Below, piece after piece: positions 10,885-19,849 of a DNA stretch of 62,350 nucleotides (position 1 is the first letter of the stretch; each line of letters starts with the position of its first letter). The notes under the pieces are model-generated. The model was not told the origin of the DNA and did not search any database. It was given only the letters and a program-made list of their open reading frames with translations. The translations under genes were made by a program, and so were the position numbers. Source of the stretch: a virus (taxonomy: Duplodnaviria; Caudoviricetes); IMG/VR virus record IMGVR_UViG_3300035190_001508, positions 1 through 62,350 of that record; one strand, given 5' to 3'.

Positions 10885-11888
10885 AAAAAAACATACTTGT
10901 AACAGGCGGCGCTGGTTTTATTGGCCAGAGCTTTGTAGCACACGTACTAAAGAATACCCCGCACAACGTAGTTGTTCTGGACAGCCTAACATACGCGGCC
11001 GACCAGAACAGGCTGTTTGCGCTGCCAGAATACGACCCAGTCCGTGTACGTTTTTACTGGCACGACCTTCGCGCCCCCATTAACGACACGTTATCTCAGA
11101 GGATCGGGCCGGTAAACTACATTGTAAACATTGCCAGCGAAAGCCACGTTGACCGGTCCATTGCCAATCCGGCGGACTTCTTTATGAACAACTGCGCTTT
11201 GGCTGCAAATATGCTGGAGTACGCAAGGGTGTCCAAACCCGAAGTCTTTGTTCAGGTGTCTACCGACGAAGTGTACGGACCCGCCGAGACCGGCTACGCG
11301 CACCGCGAATGGGACCCGCACGTACCTTCCAACCCGTACGCGGCCAGCAAAAGCGCGCAGGAGTCCTTGGCAATTAGTTACTGGAGAACGTTTGGAGTTC
11401 CGGTGGTCATTACCAATACCATGAACAACTTTGGTGAGCACCAACACCCCGAGAAGTTTATACCGCTTTGCGTAAACCGTATTTTAAAAAGTGACGAAAT
11501 TACTATCCACGGCGGCTTTGATGAACAAGGTGAGTTTGTTTCGGGCTCCCGTTTTTGGTTGCACGCGGACAACCACGCTAGTGCTTTGTTGTATATTCTG
11601 CAGAACTTGCCACCCAACACGTACCCCAAGCACGGCAGACCAAGCCGATGGAACGTAGTCGGGGACACCGAGCTGTCGAATCTGGAAATTGTAAACCGTA
11701 TTTCCAGCATTCTAGGAACCCCTGCCAGCCACAAGCTAGTTGACTTTCACTCGTCTAGGCCCGGCCATGATCTGCGTTATGGCCTAGACGGCACGCTTTT
11801 GCAGGCTGCCGGATGGGTCCCGCCAGTTAATTTTGAGGATAGCTTTGCGGATACTGTCCACAAAATAGCTAAACGCTTGACTTTATAG
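10881..11888 (+). CDS. rfbB: dTDP-glucose 4,6-dehydratase (RmlB/RfbB-like extended SDR)
   Basis: LVTGGAGFIG, D.LTYA, ASESHVDRSI, VSTDEVYG, PSNPYAASK (YxxxK), QHPEKFIP and RPGHDLRY motifs. Confidence 0.9.
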   Translation: MKKNILVTGGAGFIGQSFVAHVLKNTPHNVVVLDSLTYAADQNRLFALPEYDPVRVRFYWHDLRAPINDTLSQRIGPVNYIVNIASESHVDRSIANPADFFMNNCALAANMLEYARVSKPEVFVQVSTDEVYGPAETGYAHREWDPHVPSNPYAASKSAQESLAISYWRTFGVPVVITNTMNNFGEHQHPEKFIPLCVNRILKSDEITIHGGFDEQGEFVSGSRFWLHADNHASALLYILQNLPPNTYPKHGRPSRWNVVGDTELSNLEIVNRISSILGTPASHKLVDFHSSRPGHDLRYGLDGTLLQAAGWVPPVNFEDSFADTVHKIAKRLTL

Positions 11889-11905
11889 CCTGTAAATTGT
11901 AATTT
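11877..11905 (+). promoter_or_regulatory. Sigma70-like promoter (leaderless transcript predicted)
   Basis: TTGACT-N17-TAATTT, ending 5 nt before ATG 11911. Confidence 0.5.
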
Positions 11906-11910
11906 CGGGC

Positions 11911-12255
11911 ATGTCATTTAACAAGTCCCCGCAGAACCTTATTCCCGGCTGGGTAGCTCAAGGCTCCAGTTACGTGGTTCCTGCATCTTTTTTGCAGGAT
12001 CTTACAAAGGATCAAGCAGACCCAAGCGCGGGCGATTCACGTGCAATTATTTATGCGTTTCTTGAAGGGTTCTATCGCTGGTACAACAGCTTGGACCAAG
12101 ATAATCGTCCAACCAAGCTCGAAGTAGGCCGGTCCTCGTATGTAGACGATAGAACAAACACTATTTCGCGGTCCTACTCGTTTACCGTAGAAACATCTTT
12201 AGCCGCGCTTAGCGTAACAGACGAGCAACCACAAGCCTCCTCAGATGAAGACTAA
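11911..12255 (+). CDS. Hypothetical protein
   Basis: 114-aa ORF directly after the promoter motif. Confidence 0.6.
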   Translation: MSFNKSPQNLIPGWVAQGSSYVVPASFLQDLTKDQADPSAGDSRAIIYAFLEGFYRWYNSLDQDNRPTKLEVGRSSYVDDRTNTISRSYSFTVETSLAALSVTDEQPQASSDED

Positions 12256-12373
12256 AACCAAAAAACAAGTAGCGTATTTGCTCAGCAAAGTTAGCCCTCT
12301 TAGCGACAAGCAGCAAGGCAAGCTTAAGAAAGAGCTGCACTCGGGCGACGTTAAAGTTAAGTCCAAGAAGTAA
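12245..12373 (+). CDS. Small basic protein (42 aa, below the ORF-track cutoff)
   Basis: MKTKTKKQVAYLLSKVSPLSDKQQGKLKKELHSGDVKVKSKK. TAATG overlap with the next gene. Confidence 0.6.
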   Translation: MKTKTKKQVAYLLSKVSPLSDKQQGKLKKELHSGDVKVKSKK

Positions 12374-13296
12374 TGCACGCTACCACACTAGGTCAACTTA
12401 ACGCTCAGCTCAGCGGCTACGTAGCCCCGGGCCAAAGCTTCGCGCCCAGCCTGAACCAAGCTCTTGAAGCTATTTACGGCATGGGTACGTGGCGGGACCT
12501 TACAATCGAGGGGACATTTAAGTGCGGCGGCGGTTACTTTAGTCTGCCTGACCAAGCCGAGAACGTTCTTTTTGCGGTGGTTGACAACCAGCCGGCCCGT
12601 GTCCGCAGCCTGTGGCAGGACTACCGTACCGTCGGCATGTCGGGCGACACGCTTCTAAACTACGGTCTAATTGACGACGGGTTCCGGCCGGTCCAGACCG
12701 ACCTACCTACGGCAGGCGTCACCGACCTTTTCGTGGCACCCGCAGCAGACGCTATTGGCAACGTTGCGTTTAGTGCCGTTAACGGCGAGCAGATCCGTCT
12801 GGTCGGCTACGGCGAGTCAAATTATTTGTTGGCCCAAACCGATGGCACCTCGCTTGAGTTTCCAGAAACAGTTACCGGCATCCATGAGTTCCAGTACAGC
12901 GGCCTAATTAACCGCTACGACATCCGCATAATCGCTAACGACCCCAGCACAACCATTGCGACTGTGGGCCCCGGCGACGGTGTTGCACGTTTTAGGCGCT
13001 ACCGAGTACCGCAAGCTACGCCGCAAAGCTTTGTACACGTGCTGTGCAAGCGTCGCTTTATTCCGGTACAGAACGACAACGACGCAATTTACATTAGCAA
13101 TATCCCAGCGCTTAAACACGCGTTGCTGGCCGTACTGGCCGAGGACAACGCGGACCTCGAGCGTTCGGAAATTCATTGGGGCAAGTGCCGCCAAATTCTG
13201 GACGAGCAGCTCGACCAGTACCGCGGCCCAGCAAGACCTTCGTTGGACCTGCAGCTTGCCGGTGACGGTATTATTGGGGTTAGCAACTTCATGTAA
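12373..13296 (+). CDS. Putative head-tail adaptor / tail tubular protein
   Basis: 307 aa with helical termini (LNQALEAIY, ALKHALLAVLAE) around a beta-rich core. Function inferred from this architecture and context. Confidence 0.4.
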   Translation: MHATTLGQLNAQLSGYVAPGQSFAPSLNQALEAIYGMGTWRDLTIEGTFKCGGGYFSLPDQAENVLFAVVDNQPARVRSLWQDYRTVGMSGDTLLNYGLIDDGFRPVQTDLPTAGVTDLFVAPAADAIGNVAFSAVNGEQIRLVGYGESNYLLAQTDGTSLEFPETVTGIHEFQYSGLINRYDIRIIANDPSTTIATVGPGDGVARFRRYRVPQATPQSFVHVLCKRRFIPVQNDNDAIYISNIPALKHALLAVLAEDNADLERSEIHWGKCRQILDEQLDQYRGPARPSLDLQLAGDGIIGVSNFM

Positions 13297-13301
13297 ATTA
13301 T

Positions 13302-13550
13302 TTACATGACGACCTGACGGACCGCTTCCCACAGCGCGTAATACGTTGACTCAGGTTCGTCCATGTCGAACTCTTTATTAATTATTGTGCTGCACTCGTT
13401 GCACCACTGGGACACGTGTAAGGGCTTTAGTGGGTGCAACGCACCCACCATATCGACGTCAACGTCCGCTCCAACAAGCTGTTGTCCTTCGTAAACAGGA
13501 GCAACCTCTACCCACAGTTGCCCTTTCTCGGTCTTAAGTCCGAACCTCAT
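13302..13550 (-). CDS. Hypothetical protein
   Basis: Likely start MRFGLK at an ATGA overlap with the primase-helicase stop. Confidence 0.55.
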   Translation of the reverse strand: MRFGLKTEKGQLWVEVAPVYEGQQLVGADVDVDMVGALHPLKPLHVSQWCNECSTIINKEFDMDEPESTYYALWEAVRQVVM

Positions 13551-15685
13551 TCGTGTTTGTTGTTTATGGATATTGTCCAAATCCGACCACTGCCCGTGCT
13601 AATGCTTGTTATGGTGCGCAGGCTTGGGTTGGCCTTGGAGTACTCCTCGGCGCTACTAAGGTCGCGCTGCAAACGCATTGGGTCCTTAAGAAGCGGGAAC
13701 GTCCTGAGCTCCTCGACCTTGTTCATTTCAACCAGTAGCTCGGTTGTTGTGCCGGTCCAATGGTCCATGCGCGGGTTGGATTCCTTAAAGTATTTTAAGA
13801 AAATATCTAGCAGTTCTGTGGACCCTTGTCTGGTACTGCTGTCGCGTGCGCTGTTTTCGATTAGTGGGTGGAAATAACTGCGCACCCCGTAGCGTGCGTT
13901 TCCTACCACACCAATGCTTGGATCGTACTCCAGCAACCACTTGGCAAAATGAGGCAGCTCCTTGCGGATTAACGCCTCTTGCTTGTCGTTGGCCATGAAC
14001 TCGTGCCTTGCGGCGTCGCCAATTCTAAACGCCATTAGCTTGTCGCGGTTGCTGCTCTCCAAGTTGGGGATCATGCTAAGACTGTTCGGGTCTTCGTTCA
14101 GTGTAATAATAATACGACCAAACCATGGAATACTAACGCGGTCCGCATACTTGGCCTCCACGGCAACCCTTGGGTTAGCTACAAGACGCTTAAGCATTTC
14201 CACGAACTTGCGGTGGTCCGCAAAGTTGGTAGCGCTAACGGTATCGTCCACTGCCCATACCGGAGCTTCGCTTAGGCTCTTGTTGAAGCTTGTCTTAGCG
14301 CTAAGGAACTCACTGGCGTCTTCTGCCCCGCCCATAAGCTCGCCCATAATAAACTGGCTAAGCAGGGTTTTGCCTCGGCCCGCCACCCCAACAATAATTA
14401 CGGCGTGTCCGCTAAGCTGCTGCTTGTAATAGCTGGCCTTGTACGCACGGCTAAGCCACGCGTACCAGAAGTCCAACGGCATTGAGCCGAGCTCGTCGGC
14501 CACAGGGTCAAAAAGTCTGCTAAAGAAATCATGCAGCCACGGCCAGTGAATCGGGTCTCCAGAATCTGCAGGCGTAATGGCTTTACAGCGGCTGGTGTTC
14601 ACGTACCTGCGTCCGTCGCTATCCAATACAATCTTATCTGACCTGAATACAAACGGCCCAGCGCCATCCACGCGGTTGTTAGTAATAATGTAGTGTAGCG
14701 CGCTTTCTACGTCGGACACCTTTTGGCCCTTTTTCTTGTCGCAACTAAATCCTGCCATTTTTAGATGCAGAATAACGTTGTCACGAATATTGCGGACCGG
14801 ACCCTGCGGACCAAAGATCCAGAAGTCTCTGCCGTCGTACCAAATATCGCTAACTCCGTCCACAAGACGGCGGGTCTCGTACTGCTGAATGAACTCGTTG
14901 CCAAAGATTTCGCGCCAGCTAATGAACGGCGCTCCTGCTCGGTCACTGTAGCACAGCATTCCTTCCTGCTTTACCACGGCCCCGTCACGGTCAATTCCAT
15001 CCTGAATCCAGAATAGTGGACCACGCGCCCCTTCAACAAAGTCGCCTTTCCAACGGCTAGGGAATCTCTTTTCAAGCTCCGTGGCTACGGATTCAAGAGG
15101 CACGTTCACGTCGGTCACGGTGGTCTTGCCGAGGCCAGTTTTAAACACGGCCGTAAGAACATCGTCCGCGCCAAGCCCACCACCAAGTGAAACCCACTTG
15201 GTGCCAATATCGAAGTACTGGGAAGGATTGACGCTGGTCTTATCGTAGCCCGCGTACAGCTTGGTGCACTGGACAGTCTTTGCCAGCTGCTCAAGAACCC
15301 CACCAGCGGTGTGCTCGTTTACAAGCGCTGGGTTGGCTAGCTCCCAAACTAATCGCAAGTGCCCGCTCCACGTGGACACAGCCCATGTAGGTTTAGGGCT
15401 ACCCTTGCACCGTTTCTCAAGATCGGCCTCTAAGGTGTCCCAGTTTACAGGCGCGTCGTAGTCCAGAACCAGCGCGTGAATTTTGCAGGCTGGGTTATCT
15501 GCGGTAATCCGCTCTGCTGGGTTAAGACCCTCGACGCCGGTAATAAACGCGTGCTGAGTGTTGGGGCTAGCGCACCACACGCGGAACGCGCTTTTGCTCG
15601 AGAACGTGGGGTAGTTCGGCTTGTAGGTATTTGGGTCGATCTGAAATGCCGCGTTTGAACGTAGGTTGTTTACTGCAAAGTACAT
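13547..15685 (-). CDS. Primase-helicase (N-terminal primase-like domain, C-terminal P-loop helicase)
   Basis: VLDYD and TWSGHLRL primase-like motifs, Walker A GVAGRGKT, Walker B WAVDD and IITLN sensor. Confidence 0.75.
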   Translation of the reverse strand: MYFAVNNLRSNAAFQIDPNTYKPNYPTFSSKSAFRVWCASPNTQHAFITGVEGLNPAERITADNPACKIHALVLDYDAPVNWDTLEADLEKRCKGSPKPTWAVSTWSGHLRLVWELANPALVNEHTAGGVLEQLAKTVQCTKLYAGYDKTSVNPSQYFDIGTKWVSLGGGLGADDVLTAVFKTGLGKTTVTDVNVPLESVATELEKRFPSRWKGDFVEGARGPLFWIQDGIDRDGAVVKQEGMLCYSDRAGAPFISWREIFGNEFIQQYETRRLVDGVSDIWYDGRDFWIFGPQGPVRNIRDNVILHLKMAGFSCDKKKGQKVSDVESALHYIITNNRVDGAGPFVFRSDKIVLDSDGRRYVNTSRCKAITPADSGDPIHWPWLHDFFSRLFDPVADELGSMPLDFWYAWLSRAYKASYYKQQLSGHAVIIVGVAGRGKTLLSQFIMGELMGGAEDASEFLSAKTSFNKSLSEAPVWAVDDTVSATNFADHRKFVEMLKRLVANPRVAVEAKYADRVSIPWFGRIIITLNEDPNSLSMIPNLESSNRDKLMAFRIGDAARHEFMANDKQEALIRKELPHFAKWLLEYDPSIGVVGNARYGVRSYFHPLIENSARDSSTRQGSTELLDIFLKYFKESNPRMDHWTGTTTELLVEMNKVEELRTFPLLKDPMRLQRDLSSAEEYSKANPSLRTITSISTGSGRIWTISINNKHE

Positions 15686-15687
15686 AT

Positions 15688-17430
15688 TTATTTTGTATAG
15701 ATTTTGGAGATTGCGCCTTCTGCGCTAAGAGGGATGTCTGGAATCCACGATGGTGGTGTGCTCATAATTTTTACGACCTCGTCCAGCGTGCGCTGTGCTT
15801 CGGTCTCTGCGCATTCAATAATTACTTCGTCGTGCACATGCAAGATTATTTTGTGCCCAGCATTTTCAATGTTCGTAAGCTGTTGGCAGAAAATATCCCG
15901 CGCCAAGCTCTGACTGCAGTTTTCTGTAATCATGCCGTACCACGGGCGAATAACCATTGGCTTGCCGTTACGGACTAGGGTGCACGTAAGTGAGTCCGTA
16001 CCGCGTGCTACGTTTCTGTACACAATAGCGTTGCCGCTCGGCAACTCGATTCTGTACTCCTCGCTGTCAGCGGTTAGCTTTAGTTGTCTGTTGTATTTCT
16101 TCCACAACTTTATGACCTTGCTCATTTTTTTCTGGTACAGGGCCACACTACGCTCGGCGTCTTCCAGCGAGCACTTCATAATCATGGCGTACTTCTTTGC
16201 GCTGGCTCCGTATCCGCAGCCCAGCACCATTCCCTTAACGGTCTGGCGAAGCTGCTTATCGTTCTCGCGCAGTGAGCCATTTGCTGGGTCCCACAAACCG
16301 AAACGAACCGCGAACGCTTCATAAATGTCGTCGCTCTTGCGGATCTCTTCCAGTGTCTCTTGGTCTTCGGCGAGCCAGCAAAGTGTGCGAACCTCGATTT
16401 GGCTAAGGTCAACCACTACCAATGTATTGCCCGGCGCGGCTTCGATTTGGCTCCTGAGGTCCACGCCAAACATTTCTCCGCGCGGCAGGTTCTGCAGGTT
16501 TAGGTTTCCACCGCTACCGCTGAACCGCTTGGTGTGTGCTCCGCAGTACATTAGACCGCCGTAGTAGCGGCCGTCATAGGTTCCACGCTCAAAGCTTTCT
16601 ACTTTCTTTAGGAGCGAGTTAATACGTCTCCAGTTACGCACCGCGTAAACCCACGGGAACTTATCGGCGTGCTCGTCCATCCACTTCTCGCAGTCTTCGT
16701 CAGCCATGGCCCAGCTAAGTGGTGGTGTAATGCCGGCTGCCCTGCACGCTTTGTTCGCTTCTTTGCGGCTAAGCAACGCCCCGCAGTCTCTCCACGGAAT
16801 GCTTTGCTCGGCTTCCCACAGGGCCTGACGGAGAATGACTGCGTTAGCGTCGATTTTGCTCTCGTTAACGGGGATACCGCGCCAGCAAATAATGCGTGTG
16901 TGGGTGCTGTACCAGCGTTCAAAGTCTGGCCATTTTTCTTGCAAGGCGTTCCAAAGCTTAAGGCACCAGCGGCTGTCGTCCAGCGCGTACTCGGTTACCT
17001 CTTTCTTAAATTCTGGGTCCATGGACTTCCAGTCCAAGCCCTTCATGTTGTCGCGTGTCCCCTTGCTAATGTCGTGCTGGAACACACTCTTAACGGCTTC
17101 CTTAAGGCTCCGTGGAATGCCGCAATACGCCGCCATGTCCGCGGTGCATAACCACTCGGCGTACTTTACTTCTGGCCACCAGCCTTGCCCAATCCCATAA
17201 ATGTACAGGGTTTGGTCGAAGAAAGCATTGTGGCTTAGGACACGTTGTCCTTCAAGTATGGACCAGTCAAAATCTTCTGGGTGTCCGCAAAACTCGTAGC
17301 CCGAGTCAGACACAACTGATACCATGTAGGCATCAAATTTAGGATGTGCAAAATAACCGCGAGGGCCATAAGTTCTAATAGAGCATTCCTTGTCGTAGTA
17401 TGTTTCAAAGTCCAGTGCGTATGTAGTCAT
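15688..17430 (-). CDS. DNA polymerase, family A, with 3'-5' exonuclease
   Basis: ExoI ALDFETY, HNAFFD, EYALDD; NLQNLPR; motif A DLSQIEVR; motif B RQTVKGMVLGCGYG; motif C LHVHDE. Confidence 0.92.
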   Translation of the reverse strand: MTTYALDFETYYDKECSIRTYGPRGYFAHPKFDAYMVSVVSDSGYEFCGHPEDFDWSILEGQRVLSHNAFFDQTLYIYGIGQGWWPEVKYAEWLCTADMAAYCGIPRSLKEAVKSVFQHDISKGTRDNMKGLDWKSMDPEFKKEVTEYALDDSRWCLKLWNALQEKWPDFERWYSTHTRIICWRGIPVNESKIDANAVILRQALWEAEQSIPWRDCGALLSRKEANKACRAAGITPPLSWAMADEDCEKWMDEHADKFPWVYAVRNWRRINSLLKKVESFERGTYDGRYYGGLMYCGAHTKRFSGSGGNLNLQNLPRGEMFGVDLRSQIEAAPGNTLVVVDLSQIEVRTLCWLAEDQETLEEIRKSDDIYEAFAVRFGLWDPANGSLRENDKQLRQTVKGMVLGCGYGASAKKYAMIMKCSLEDAERSVALYQKKMSKVIKLWKKYNRQLKLTADSEEYRIELPSGNAIVYRNVARGTDSLTCTLVRNGKPMVIRPWYGMITENCSQSLARDIFCQQLTNIENAGHKIILHVHDEVIIECAETEAQRTLDEVVKIMSTPPSWIPDIPLSAEGAISKIYTK

Positions 17431-17433
17431 ATT

Positions 17434-17478
17434 AAAAAAGGTTAGGCTGCACGCGCCAGTTAGTAGCGCGTGCAGCCG
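17434..17478 (-). terminator. Intrinsic terminator/attenuator upstream of the polymerase gene
   Basis: Minus-strand hairpin GGCTGCACGCGC-loop-GCGCGTGCAGCC followed by TAACCTTTTTT. Confidence 0.55.
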
Positions 17479-17495
17479 GTTAGGCCATCCAACTA

Positions 17496-17717
17496 TTATT
17501 CTTCAAGCTCGAACTCGAGCTGTTCTTCTGGTGTTGGGATGGAGCGCAAACGATCCATTTCGTTTTCGATTGCCTGACGGACCGTTTTAAGGCCGTCCAG
17601 CTGGACCATAAGCTTTGTAATGTTGGCGCTCAGCTCTTCAATAACAGACTTAATGCTGTTGCTTTCACGGCTGAGGTGGGTCAACGGATTTTCCGCTACA
17701 GTAATTTTAGTGTCCAT
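17496..17717 (-). CDS. Small coiled-coil protein
   Basis: 73 aa with a heptad pattern. TAATG overlap with the upstream gene. Confidence 0.6.
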   Translation of the reverse strand: MDTKITVAENPLTHLSRESNSIKSVIEELSANITKLMVQLDGLKTVRQAIENEMDRLRSIPTPEEQLEFELEE

Positions 17718-18403
17718 TAGGCGGCACCTCCTGTAACTAGACGGTTAATAAATGCCAGAACAGGTTCCGCGGACTTGTTAATGCTGCGCCCAAGGACCGG
17801 CACGTACCAGCTGTACTTGCCGCGCTCAATAAGCATAGCGCTAAGATTCCAAACCTGCTCGTGGAGTTTCACGTCGGGGTTGCCGACATGGAAACTGTTA
17901 ATAATCTTAAACGTATGGTCGTACGCAAAGCTTTGCACGGTAAGCCGCACAAGCTGATACGGGACCTCGTTAAGAAGGAACGGGAACAACTCGGAGGCTT
18001 CCTCTTCGTCGAGTCCGTTAATCTCTGGGATGTGCGGAAGAAGCAGCGTAATATCTGCGCGCGGCACGATTTCACGATCTGTTTCCCTGCGGAGTTCTTC
18101 CAACTGCTCCAGCGAGTATGCAATCCGCGGTTGGATGTCACCATCGTACGGAACCTTTTCGGTCCAGCTTTTGTGGATCGAGACAACGTTAACGGGGATT
18201 TTCTTCCCAGCAGGAACAATTGCTACACGGCGGTCCATAACCAAATCGCCGGGATTACCCTCGATTTCGCTCATTTTATGGATACAATTAAGTCGAGGAA
18301 TATGGAAGTCCTCGGCGTTGAAGCCAGCATTAAAGCTTGGCGCTTGCACAATACTTGCCGACGGGGCGGCTACTACGGTTTCTGTTTCTGTATTCTTACT
18401 CAT
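17717..18403 (-). CDS. Putative single-stranded DNA-binding protein
   Basis: 228 aa between the nuclease and polymerase genes, with DFHIPRL and GKYSWYVP motifs. Function inferred from position. Confidence 0.45.
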   Translation of the reverse strand: MSKNTETETVVAAPSASIVQAPSFNAGFNAEDFHIPRLNCIHKMSEIEGNPGDLVMDRRVAIVPAGKKIPVNVVSIHKSWTEKVPYDGDIQPRIAYSLEQLEELRRETDREIVPRADITLLLPHIPEINGLDEEEASELFPFLLNEVPYQLVRLTVQSFAYDHTFKIINSFHVGNPDVKLHEQVWNLSAMLIERGKYSWYVPVLGRSINKSAEPVLAFINRLVTGGAA

Positions 18404-18473
18404 AACTCTGTTTTCTTGTTGCCGCTATTGCTATTTGACTGGCTGCAATTGCGGCGGTACTTGCCTTCATTTG

Positions 18474-19616
18474 TTATTCTTGGGTCAGGGTAAACCTTTC
18501 GGCACCCTTATCCAAAATTCTTTCGGACTGTAAGCCGTCCTCAAAATCACGGGCCCACGCTGTTTTCTTGCCCTTGGGGGCTTTACCGGCATAGTGGTCT
18601 CGGATCTTGGCTAGTGGCACATCGCTTAGTTCGATAATATCGAAAGCAGACAAACCACGTGCAGAGGCATAATCAAGAAAGCCCGCCTTGTCCACAATAA
18701 TCTTTCGGGAACCTAAACTTTTTAGGCGGAGCCCCGGCAGCTCGTGTCCTTGCTTGGCCATTTCCACGGCTCTGTACCGGATTCCCTCGGCCCACTTCTC
18801 CACGATTGTGGCTACTGTATACATGCGAGCTAACACCTCGGGGTCCTCGATGTCCTTGCCGGCAATACTACCGCTGGGTACAAGGTCTGGGCTATAGCGC
18901 TTTGCGACCTCTTGCGCGGTGTGTCCCAGCGCGGGGCATCTGTCCTTGTGCATGCAGTACTGGCAGCTGTTGCTAATGCTGAGCAGGCTCCATTCTGGCA
19001 CTCCTCCAAAGGACCACTGCGGTCTAACACGGGTGGCCTGCTGAATGGCGGCGCTAAGTTTTTCTACGTACTCAAAAAGTCTCTCGCGGGAATACTCGCC
19101 GACCAGCAGCTCGTTGCGTTGCGGCAAACTAAAGCTGGCGAAAATAGTGTCCACCTCGGGGAACAATTGGAACACGCCAACGGCGTACGCAGTGCTCTGC
19201 CAGTTTTCCGGCGGGGCGTCCACTTTACCAATGCCGGTCTTGTGATCGTGCAGAACAGCGCAAGATCCAGCGACCGCCACAATGTCTGCGGTGCCAAACG
19301 TTTCGCACTCGTTTAGTTTAATGTCTAGTCGTATTTCCTGATGGATTACCGGCTCGACGCTTGTGTGGTTGCGCAGAAACTCAATTGCTCCGTCCATGTC
19401 CACAATTAGCTTTTCATAAATGCCAAGCTCCTTTTCGTCGTGCAGCGCGCCGGGGTCTCTAACCTCCACGGCCTCGTGAATGCGGGTGCCCATTTCGGCG
19501 GCTGCGTTTGTGCCGCCGCGGCTTTCCCAGCCGGGGCAATTGTTAATGTGCTTTAGGCTGCTCGGTCCGAACTCTGCGTGCGGACGCGCACTGTGGTCTA
19601 CATCTTTATTTTCCAT
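18474..19616 (-). CDS. Cas4-like PD-(D/E)XK exonuclease (DUF2800-like)
   Basis: HAEFGPSS..CPG, AEMGTRIHE, FGTADIV, DHKTG, NWQ..Y and CQYC..K..CP. Probable start MENKD. Confidence 0.8.
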   Translation of the reverse strand: MENKDVDHSARPHAEFGPSSLKHINNCPGWESRGGTNAAAEMGTRIHEAVEVRDPGALHDEKELGIYEKLIVDMDGAIEFLRNHTSVEPVIHQEIRLDIKLNECETFGTADIVAVAGSCAVLHDHKTGIGKVDAPPENWQSTAYAVGVFQLFPEVDTIFASFSLPQRNELLVGEYSRERLFEYVEKLSAAIQQATRVRPQWSFGGVPEWSLLSISNSCQYCMHKDRCPALGHTAQEVAKRYSPDLVPSGSIAGKDIEDPEVLARMYTVATIVEKWAEGIRYRAVEMAKQGHELPGLRLKSLGSRKIIVDKAGFLDYASARGLSAFDIIELSDVPLAKIRDHYAGKAPKGKKTAWARDFEDGLQSERILDKGAERFTLTQE

Positions 19617-19830
19617 AGGGATTAATGTGGGGGTTGTTTGACTGGTCAAGATCGGCCAGCAGATGTTGCTTAATACAACTTAAAGAATTTAGCAATTCTT
19701 TTATTTGAGAAGTTATTTCCGATTCCGGCCCGCTGTGTTTAGCGCAGGTTTTGTGCATTTGCTTTAGGGATGCGTTTGCGGTGTTGAGTAGTTGAGCTAG
19801 CTTTTGGTGCGGTTGAAGTTTCATGGACAA
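19606..19830 (-). CDS. Hypothetical protein
   Basis: Short ORF filling the gap in the replication operon. Confidence 0.45.
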   Translation of the reverse strand: MSMKLQPHQKLAQLLNTANASLKQMHKTCAKHSGPESEITSQIKELLNSLSCIKQHLLADLDQSNNPHINPYGK

Positions 19831-19849
19831 GAGTTAATTCTTATCCTAG

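Noticed and set aside
18474-19616. Cas4-like gene as evidence of a CRISPR-Cas system
   Set aside because: It is a stand-alone phage replication/recombination nuclease between helicase, SSB-like and polymerase genes, with no array or other cas genes.
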